Shown here: positions 53,901 through 64,000 of the stretch, in pieces
Layout: every line of letters begins with the position of its first letter
How positions within the stretch are numbered: position 1 is the first letter of the stretch
From: Strigamia acuminata
Lineage: Eukaryota
Assembly (NCBI GenBank): GCA_949358305.1
Contig: OX442314.1
Span: 18,290,001 to 18,354,000 of the forward strand
Direction of reading: 5' to 3'
Length of the DNA stretch: 64,000 nt
Made by a program: the position numbers and the translations under genes
The notes under the pieces: model-generated
What the model saw: the letters and a program-made list of their open reading frames with translations, nothing else
The model's database searches: none
What the model was told of the DNA's origin: nothing

Positions 53901-56900
53901 AAAAACGAATGCGATTGCAATACTTCGTACATATTATCGCGTTGTGTCGTGGTTTAATCAAATCGGCATTATTCCTTTGCGAAAAGAAGATGGTAGTGGA
54001 GAGGCTATTGAAATTCCATTCGATTATTTGAAAGATTGGTACCAACAAAGACGAAAGGATTTGCAGAGAATTAGCTCGTACGAATTGTTTGAAAAATTGA
54101 GTTTTACAAATTAAATAATTTATTCTTAACGTACTTTCAGACTGATTCGAGGTACAAATCTTCTTTTGATAGACGGTATGGTAACTCATATTGGAGAACA
54201 AATAGCAAATCAATGGGAGAAAGACAGTGGAAATACATTTTATCCTCCCTCGAGTTTGTACGCACTCGTAAATATGTTTTTATTGGATGAAGTATCCACG
54301 ACGACCAAACACAAAATAATGTTGTACTTTCTGTTGGATGTTGCCTGTAAGTTGAACGAATTTGCGGCGTTTTGGTTCTTTTAATTTACATAATATCTTT
54401 TTCTTACTAGCTTGTTTGCGTGGGAATAAACAGGATCAAACTTCGACAGAATTGATGACTTATATAACTACGTTTTCCATTCCTTCGTCTGTGGTCAGAG
54501 TTACTCGGGGATTTTGGTTGTTGGATCATCGTGATTTTAATGTGAGTTTCAGTGTTCAAATTTTAGATATATTGATAATGAATTTTATTTGTTTAGGGTG
54601 CCGTTCCTTTGCTAACACATCCGTTTGTGACAATCAGTGATATTGAACCATGGCAAAATACAGTAATCATTAAGTCGTTATTGTATCAAGGCGAACATCA
54701 AAAAGCTCTGAGGTTTTGGGAGCGTCGTCAACCAACTATGTCGTCGCCAGAAGATATGAAACTCTACTTGAGTGTTCTTTTAGTAAATGAGTCAGTATTT
54801 TAGAAAAATTTAGATTGAAGTGTTTTGTTATATTTAAAAAAAAAATTTAATTTAATTTGTTGTAGGTTGATTTTGCATGCATATCAATTTCAAGGTCGCT
54901 GTCGTGACAAAAATATTGCCAAAGACCTTCTAAACCACTTTTTTCTTGGATGTCAGCAAAGTAAGTTTAAATATTTATTTGTTTTTTTTTTTTATAATTT
55001 TTGTGGAAATATTTATGATTTTCGTATTTTTATTCAGCTAAACATTTAAAAGATGTGATTGAGTTGCCATTGACCGACCAAGAACAAAATAGTTTCATCG
55101 ATTTTCTAAAGTCGTCGGACGAAAAATACGCTCAGGATATTCTTGTTATGTATTTTCTTCAGAGGGGCCAGTTTCAACATGCTTTTCAGTTGAATGAAAA
55201 ACTAAAGAATAGCAACTATGTAATTTTTGCAATTTGATTTTTCTAATTAAGGAGACAATTAATTAATTATTTTGTTTAGGCCGAATTGGATCCACGCAGA
55301 AAGGACCAGAATAACATACGGAACCAGATTGTCAATGGATATGTTAAAATTCTACCTAAAGTTCAACAACAACTGATAACCAATTCAGCTTTTAGTCAAA
55401 ATAGTATCAGCGATGAAAAAGGTTCAGCATTTAATTCATTAATATATGAAAACATTATTTATCTCTATATATTTTAAATAGTTGTTGCAAGGCCCAAAGC
55501 ACAGCCCTTAAGCACGCGTATTATACCGAGTCAAATGGAAGTGGTTTCACAAGCGACTTTAATCGAGGCTGTCTTGGAAAAAATTAATGAAACTACAGTG
55601 GAAAATGTTGACGATGCGAGTCCTTTAAGCGAACAAGAAAGAAGAAAGTTTAGTTTTGAAAGCAAAGAACAAGCGATGCCATTTTTGTGTACACCCATTA
55701 CACCAAAAAGAGCCAGTCGAAGGTAAATTTGAAATTTAATGTAGCCTACGTATAATTTAATTACCTTATACCATACATTTATTTTTAATTTTTAGGGATC
55801 TGAATGAAGTGTTCTATCCTACTGTCACTGAAACGACTGAGTTATCGTCCGAATTGTTGGGCTCACCATCGAAAAGATCACGATTTATTGACATCAGTCC
55901 GCCCTCGAGGAAGCATACTTTAAAACTCATCAATGCTGAACTAACCTCACTGCTACAAATGCCGCCATTGAGACGAAAAATACCGCAAAGATCACCTATA
56001 CCCTCGACAAGTGAAATGTCGTCGTCTTTCATAACTCCACAATCTATTTTGAAAATTCGACATATGACGCAAACAAGTGCTCAAAGCAGTCCTTCGCTAC
56101 AAGCCGATCCCAGGGATGTAGAGATGGATTCGGAACCATCACCGAGCAAAAGTGACGTGCTAGTTCTAGTTGAGAATCAAAAACCCATATCGCCGACAGC
56201 AAAACAACTAAGGTTTGCAGAGCCGGAATCGCCGGAGGAAACTTCACAAGAGATAAAGTATAATATATTTAGATAAGAGTTGTTCATCTCGTGTTTAATG
56301 AATTATTTGATTTATTTTAGTGTGTCAGTTGAAGCGGAAATAATTCTTTCATCACCACTAGAAGCAAGAGCGAGAAGGCCTTTGCATTCCATTGATTCGC
56401 CAACAGATTCTACGAATCTGACGCCTTCGAAGGAAGAATCAGAATTTTCTTTTAGTGCTCCTTTAGAGACCGGTCCTATCGCGATATCGAAAGTCAGGTC
56501 TGTCGAGGTCACTCCGCCCAAATCTCAGTCGGAAACTTCTCTCGACCAGTCGGACGAAGAGATGGACGAAGCCATGTCAACTTGCACGGCAGATGGTATG
56601 AGCCCATGTTTTTGACTTTGTAATCAAAACAAAATGTATTTGGTTGAAAATTGTATTTCTTCCTTTCTTTCTTTCGTTTTATCTTTCGTTTTAATTTTAT
56701 TTTCAATTTTTTTGTAATGCAGATTACTTGGAATTAAATTTCGATGCATCTGATTCAGTGTCCATTACTGACGTACACGAAGATGAATACGATGTAAAAC
56801 GCTCCAACACCAGATTATCGACTGGCAGTAGCGTTGCATCGTGGCATTCAACATCGTCTACCGTTGCGGCACATCCCGACGAAAGGTCCCGTTCGACTAC

Positions 56901-57936
56901 ACCTTCTTGGATCATGGAGATTATGGAAAGGGAACCGACTTTTGGACTTGTTGAAAGTGTTAAAACAGCTCAAGAGGAGGCGGAGAAAATAACGTCGAGT
57001 TTTTCGGATGAGCCGTCAGAAACGGTTCACGAAAGGACGCTTGTGTTTGAAGAATTAAGTGCGACCACAGTACAATCGGAATTAGTTGATGAAAGTACAG
57101 ATCCGCCAGTTGCAGTTGAAAAACCCAGCGCGAAAAAGAAATCAGCGACTAAACCACCAAAAAGTAGAGCGAGATCTGAGAGGAGAACATCGTTGCGATT
57201 ATCCGCAAAGAAAAACCCGACGGAATTGGATGTGGGAGATCTAGATAAAGTGAAGAGAGCTTTAAATATGGACGAAGGAGAGTCGCCAAAATCACGACCG
57301 CGAAGACCAAGGTCAAAACTTAGTGTCATCAGTGAAAGTTCGCAGTCTTCTGCGTGTTCTACACCCGTTAAAGGAGAAAAACAGAAAAAAAGTAATTTGA
57401 ATTTTATGTTTTTGGTGAATGTTTATTGATAAAATGATTTTGCAGCTCGAAAAAGCAAGAAGGGAATCGCTTTAGAGCAAATCGAATTCTCGTTTTCGGA
57501 ACCCGACGTTTTGCCGACAGCAGAACTTGCACCTTTGGAAGAATTTGATACTACCCCGACGAATGAAGTGAAACCGTTTATTTTTTCACCGCCGTTAACA
57601 AGGTCCAAAAGTAAAAAGGTAAAACCGAAAGTCGAAGCATCAACGTCTGCCAAAAGTGAAAAACGTTCTCCTACACGAGCATCTGCAAAGAAGGGCGCAA
57701 GGTGATTATATTTGAATAAGCAAAACTAGTTTATTTAATATATTGACTGAAGTGTGTACTCATGTTTTAATTCTGTTGACAGGGTTCGGAAGCATCATTC
57801 GCCAGAAGTTTTAATTAGTAACAGCCCGATTAACTTCATTTCTCCAGCGCCAACTTCTGGTCTAGTGTATTCATTAAGGAGTAAAGATATTGGAAAAGTT
57901 AAAAGAACAAAAGCGGCCGTGAAATTACAGAAATGA
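50924..57936 (+). CDS. AHCTF1: Nucleoporin ELYS / AHCTF1 / MEL-28, multi-exon
   Basis: Beta-propeller motifs (FAYQEPENDPR, FDLNQWYQAQMP), helical domain (LLIDGMV, YPPSSLYAL, FWLLDH), TPQSILK and KQLRF PP1-docking-type motifs, and a long Ser/Pro/Lys-rich tail. Confidence 0.9.
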
Positions 57937-58313
57937 ATGACATTATCTTATTTTTCTTCCTCAAGAACTTTTTAATATCATTTTAAATTGTATTTTAAGC
58001 TAATTATGTAAAATTATTAAAAAAGAAAAAAAAAGTAGTACTTTTATTAATAAAATTAAAACTGTAAATCGCAAATTATTTCGTTATTTTATTTTGTTAT
58101 GATCATAGATATTGAGCTTCGTATTGATCTCGCTCTAGCCATATTGGGTTTGTAATGCCACCTATGGGGTTTTCAGTGTATTAAAATCGAGAAAGCGCGA
58201 TAGGTTTACCTAGTATGGCGGAGCGGTTAATTTTTTCGTTCGGGTCGTCTGTAATTATTCCAACTAACCCTCGATTGAAATAATATACTTGAATAAATTA
58301 AACTTGAAATTTG

Positions 58314-61300
58314 ATGGAAAAGACTGTAGTTATAGCAGCTGGTCGGTTTGGGTAGGTAAAACGTATAAATGAACCATCTGCTTCGTTTATACCGCTAAAA
58401 TAGAATACTTTTCCAAAAAGGAAAACTAGAAACACTTACCCTTCTTTAAATGTTTTTTTCTTCTTCCAGAGCTTGTGCTCGCCGTTGTTCAGTTCTGCGA
58501 TACCGTAGTCAGCCAAATGTACGATGTTTTGTTACGTTATTAAGAGTGCCGAAATCTTCTCTCCTGACAGAATACCGTAGTTCTGAGAGATTAAAAGGGC
58601 TAATAGCTGCAAATCCATCACTTGTAATTCCTCGGCGGCAATTTGTTGTCGGTGTGTTAACGAGAGTTGTACGACATGCGCTTAAAATCAGGTATCTTGT
58701 TCTTGGAACGGCTGTTGGAGGTGGAATGTCTCTCCACCGGGTAAGCCATTTATTAATTTATGATAATTTATAATTTTTGTATGTTTGATTGATCGTACAC
58801 GTTTTACTTGTAGAAATTCGATGAATGGAAAGACGCCTTTCCTGATTTTAGTTGGCTGGATGACCTTATGCCTCCAGCTGAAAAAGTAAACGAGTTTAGA
58901 AATTCTTTATTGACGTTTAAAGACAAAATCGCTGACTCACTTTCATTACCAGAAATAGGTAAGATGCTAAATTGTTGTAAAAATACTTTACTTAGGTTGA
59001 TATTTTGAATTAGAAACAAGTTGGATCAATGACGGGATTCTTGTTGCTGGCAACAAACTTCGAGACCTGGGAAAGTGGTTTGACGAAACTGCGAGAGTGG
59101 CTGATGCCGAACTTAGCAAATGGGAGCAAAGTATAAACTTTAATTTGTTTATTAGAACTGAGGCCTTTTTTATTTTATGTTGCTTTTATTTTACTTATAT
59201 TTTGAAACTGCCTCTTCTTCCCAGGTTGTCTAATTGTAAAGGGATTGTTCTCCAGACTTACTACTACAGCACTAGGTGTGTAGAATGCAAATCAAAAACC
59301 GCAATAACAATTCTCAACTAACAACATTTTTCTGTTCTATAATAATAACGTGCAACTTGTTTGTGTTTGTTTTAGAATAAAAATTGTTTAATGCTTATAA
59401 ACATGCAGAAATTCTATTTAATTTGGTATCTTTGCGTGTTTATGAGTTAAAATGAAGTCTCGTTGTATTCTCCACACTTTCCAACTTGTAGCTTTGTTCT
59501 GTTTCTAATGATAGCTCAAAGGTGTAAAAAAAAATTAATTTCTATTTTTTAATTTAATTTTTTTGTTTCGTTGATAGATTCTACTCAGGACTTGGCAATG
59601 AGTGCGATTAGTTTTCATACCGTCAACCCCGACGAAGCGAAATCTCCGCGACAGTCGATGGAAAAGGAACGTGTTGAAAAACTACAAAATGAGCTTATCC
59701 ACGTGCAGTTAAAATACCAGAGAGAAATCGAACGATTGGAAAAAGAAAATAAAGAACTGCGCAAGCAGCTGATGTTGAAAACTGAAAGAATGATGCTGAC
59801 CAAACGCAAAGTGAAGGTCGAAACAATATTTGAACTGATGAATTAATTTCTTTACCTCGTTTAAATATATGTTTAGAAATCGTTGATAGACTTGTATTCC
59901 GACGTCCTGGACGAACTGAGCGACTACGATTCCAGTTATAACACTCAGGATCACTTGCCCAGAGTAAATAAAAGTAGAATTTTAATTTATAATTTATTAA
60001 ATACTTTAATTATTTTTCCAGGTTGTTGTGGTTGGAGATCAGAGCTCAGGAAAAACAAGTGTCTTAGAAATGATTGCCCAAGCAAGAATATTTCCCAGGG
60101 GTTCCGGGGAGATGATGACCAGGGCGCCGGTTAAGGTCACATTGAGTGAAGGTCCGTATCACGTGGCACAGTTTAAGGACAGTTCGCGGGAGTTTGATTT
60201 AAGCAAAGAGTCGGAGGTAAAATGGATTTTATCAGCTGAAAGGTTGGAATTTGAGAGTTTTGTCTTTTAGTTGGCTGATCTTCGTAAGGAAGTTGAATTA
60301 AGAATGAAAAATAGTGTGGCCAAGGGTAAGACTGTCAGCTCAGAAGTGATTTCCATGACTGTTAAAGGACCAGGATTACATAGGATAGTTTTGGTGGATT
60401 TGCCAGGAATAATTAGTGTAATTTACTTATTTTTAAAATTAAAATTGTGGATTTTAGAGGTTTATTTCTGATTTTGTAGACGGTCACAACAGAAATGGCC
60501 ACTGATACTCGTGAAGCAATTCGGCTGATGAGTCAACAGTACATGAGCAATCCGAATGCCATTATTTTATGCATTCAAGGTTACAATATTTAAAAAATAA
60601 ATTATTTTCCGTTATTTATTCGATTCTTTTTAAAACAGATGGATCTGTTGATGCTGAGAGAAGCAATGTGACTGATCTAGTAAATCACATGGATCCTCAG
60701 GGGAAAAGGACTATTTTTGTTTTGACAAAAGTAGATTTAGCCGAGGAAAATTTATCCAACCCAGAAAGAGTTAGTTATGAATTATAAATGGAAATAATAA
60801 TGATAATAATAATATATATATTTTTAAAATTTAGATTAGAAAGATTCTTGAAGGCACTTTATTCCCCATGAAGGCACTTGGATACTTTGCCGTTGTTACT
60901 GGTCGTGGAAATAAAGAGGACAGTATATCGTCTATAAAAGATTACGAAGAGCGCTTTTTTCGTACTTCAAAGCTATTTAGGACGGGGGTGTTAAGTGCGA
61001 CGCAAATGACAACGCAAAACCTAAGCTTGGCTGTTGCCGAATGCTTTTGGAAAATGGTCAAAGAATCGGTGGAACAACAAGCTGATGCTTTTAAAGGTAT
61101 TTTTATTTTTTATTTTTGTGACAATAGAAAAATAAAATATATTTTTATATGGTTAATTTCATGATTACAGCGACTAGATTTAACTTGGAAACTGAGTGGA
61201 AAAATAATTTCCCACGATTGCGAGAATTGGATCGTGATGAATTATTTGAGAAAGCACGCGGTGAAATTTTGGACGAGGTTGTCAACTTGAGTCAAGTGAC

Positions 61301-62650
61301 CCCCCAACAATGGGAGAGCGCTTTGTCGAAGAAATTGTGGGAAAAAATGGCCGTTCATGTTTTTGAAAATATTTACCTTCCTGCTGCACAAACTGATAGT
61401 TCAGGGTAAGATTTTAAACAAAATGGAAAAAAAATACTTTTAACTGATTAAATTTTTTCTAGCACTTTTAATACGACTGTGGATATAAAACTTAAACAAT
61501 GGGCTGAAAATACTCTACCGAAGAAATGCGTAGATGTTGGATGGGAAACATTGCAAGAGGAGTTCCGTCATTTCATGGAGCAGTCAAAGCAATCTAAAGA
61601 TCACGATAATATATTCGATAATTTAAAAGCTTCTGTAGTTGATGATGCCATGCGCAAACATCACTGGGAGAGCAGAGCTTGGGATATGTTGGTAATTGAA
61701 TTGTATTTTTTCTTTTTAAATAAGAGAAATTAATTCTGCTATATTTTAAAGCGTGTGATTCAATTAAATACACTCGAAGATCGTGCTGTTCATGACAGAA
61801 ATCAATGGGACCAGGCTGTAAAGTTCCTCGAGAATAGTTTATACGAGAAAAGCAATACGAGTTAGTTATTTAAATTAATTAATTTTATTATATATTTATT
61901 CTTATTTTTTTTTAAACAGCTGAATTGAATCTGAATGAGATGGTTGGACCTTCGGCTTACGATAGATGGGTTAAATGGAAATACCCAACGGAAGATGAAA
62001 GGCAACGCAGAGCAGCCAAAGATGAATTGGAGACACTTTTGCACTTTGATTATGTGTGTATCACTAATTTCGAATGACTGCATTTAAACCAATTAATTAT
62101 TATATTTTTTTATTTCTATAGAACCATAAACCCGCTTTGGCGATGGATGAGTTAACAGCTATTCGTAAAAATTTACAAAACCGCGGCATTGATGTGGACA
62201 ATGAAATGGTAATGAATTACTATACTTTACACGTTCAGAATTTGAAACCTATCACACATAGATTCGGCAAACTTGGCATTTTGTATATCGACGACATTTT
62301 CTGAGAAAATCTTTAGCCAAAGCGACCGATTGTAAACGCGGTTTTTACGTGTACCAACAAGGAATGGAAACTGAGGCGAGAAAATTAAAGTTTTAAAAAA
62401 AAAAATGTGCTAAATAATAATATATTTAATTAAATTTAATCCAGATGGAATGCAATGATGTTGTTCTATTCTGGCGGATCCAACGAATGCTACAAATTAC
62501 CAGCAATGCGCTTCGCCAACAACTAATGAACACTGAAGGCAGGCGACTGGAAAAGGAAATTAAAGAAGTTCTCGAAGATTACAGTCAAGACCAGGAAAAG
62601 AAAATGCAACTGTTAACCGGCAGAAGGGTCGTGCTAGCGGAAGAACTAAG
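58314..62650 (+). CDS. OPA1: Dynamin-like mitochondrial GTPase OPA1, multi-exon; final exon not in window
   Basis: Arg-rich presequence, [75 protein letters not shown]. The last visible exon ends LAEEL at donor 62651. Confidence 0.96.
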
Positions 62651-63748
62651 TTAGTAATATTTTTTTTCATTACTAAACCCAAAAGTGCACAACAAAAAGG
62701 ATTGATAACTCAAGGGTTTTGTTTGGTAAAAGATTTCAACCTTTTGTTGACGAATGCGTATGTGACCTCGGGTTGGCCTGTTTAATCTCGGTGACAAACA
62801 AGGGTCGGTGTATCCCTCTGTGTAAATAAACACTGAAGGTAGAAGTTTGCAAAACAGATCTTTTCTTAGCCGGCTAACCCACGTGGCTAAAAGTAGAACC
62901 GTTTTCCCCATAAAGTGATGATGCAAATACCGACCGTCATTTGTTGTTACCGACTGATTTGTTCCACTAATAAGGCAAGGTTGAGTGCGATCGAGGTGAA
63001 CAACCTTCCTCATTGACTTACCGTGCAGGTGGATGCAGCGGGGGTGGCGGAGAGGAGTGAGGATGACGCAGCAACGCCATCCTCACACTCACCTATCCTT
63101 AAGGCAACAGGAACGACTATTGTTCTGTCTTGAACAACCCTCAAGTCTTGTCCATCTTGAAATCTAAGCCTTTTCTTTCCTCGTTTGCTTTCTTTGTCTG
63201 TTTTTTTTTATATATCCTTCCTCACCCCATTCCTTTTGCAAACAGTTATTTTTTTTTAACCTGATCATCTTCCCTTTTTTTACGTCAAATAATCCCTCAC
63301 CCCTTCTGTCCCTCTTTCGTGACTCTTCCAGATTTTTTCATTCCAGTCTTTTCTTTGTAGTTCTTTCTTATCCCCTTCTTGTTTGGTCATCTTGCGGGGA
63401 GTGTTTTGTTGCCCTTTAGTTCCACCGGAGTGAAGAAGATCCCAGGGAGAAAAAAATTTAAGGGATTGGGGGAGGGGTTGTTGAAGTAGGCTGCCATTCT
63501 GCATGTTAATCATCTGCCAACTAGTGACTTTGACAGACATTAGATGTTGGGAGTGTGTACTAGTCCTTTGGACACACTTTTTTTCCTTCTCGCATCTTCT
63601 TTTCAACTCTTAAGCCACTCGAGTTTTTGTCCCGCGTTGAAAGCGCCATACATTTTATTTTTTTGTCAAATGAACAAGTTGTAGCTAATGAATTCCCGTT
63701 ACGTGTCAGACAGCCTTGACTGTGAATAATTAAAAATAAAATAAAATA

Positions 63749-63984
63749 CCGTATTTTATCGATTAAGAGCCGCGGCTATTATTCAAAGCTGCAATTTTTG
63801 TCAGCAATTACAACTTCGGTTTGTTACATTTGTTTAATGGAACAAACGAAGCGGACGCTCATCGTTGGAGAGGTTAAATACGGAAACAATACCGTACTTT
63901 TGCAAAAATACGGTATTCTTGGTGTCTCAGCCGCGGCTACTATTCGAGGGCGGCTACAACCGACTCTTAATCGGTAAAATACTG
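63749..63984. mobile_element. Non-autonomous pogo/Tc2-like MITE (236 bp)
   Basis: TA|CCGTATTTTATCGATTAAGAG ... CTCTTAATCGGTAAAATACTG|TA, a 21-bp TIR with 2 mismatches and TA duplication. Internal direct repeat AGCCGCGGCTAYTATTC. Confidence 0.85.
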
Positions 63985-64000
63985 TATATTTTTGTATATA

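Overview
Eukaryotic, AT-rich, gene-dense animal DNA with mostly 55-80 nt introns. The gene content and tRNA-Asp look arthropod-like, but the species cannot be fixed from sequence alone. Positions 1-7048 hold the 5' half of an apparently intact minus-strand Ty3/Gypsy LTR retrotransposon: a 2.1 kb LTR, a PBS, gag, a -1 frameshift signal, and pol running off the window. Tightly packed spliced genes follow: selenocysteine lyase (-), a RUN + Rubicon-homology PLEKHM1-like gene with a TA-flanked MITE in an intron (-), CSTF1 (+), CCDC50-like (+), a PRDM2/RIZ-like zinc-finger ORF with no visible PR/SET domain (+), 6-phosphogluconate dehydrogenase (+), SEC62 (-), NAD kinase (+), an AFAP1-like double-PH gene (-), tRNA-Asp(GTC) (-), ELYS/AHCTF1 (+), and OPA1 (+, last exon not in window, last intron expanded by insertions). 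The most notable signals are hidden isoform switches in the two NADP(H) enzymes. NADK has a duplicated pair of mutually exclusive 83-nt exons with overlapping, competing RNA pairings, and PGD has a second first exon that would add an N-myristoylation-type leader. Gene names rest on recalled motifs. No database searches were run, and exon boundaries were read by eye.
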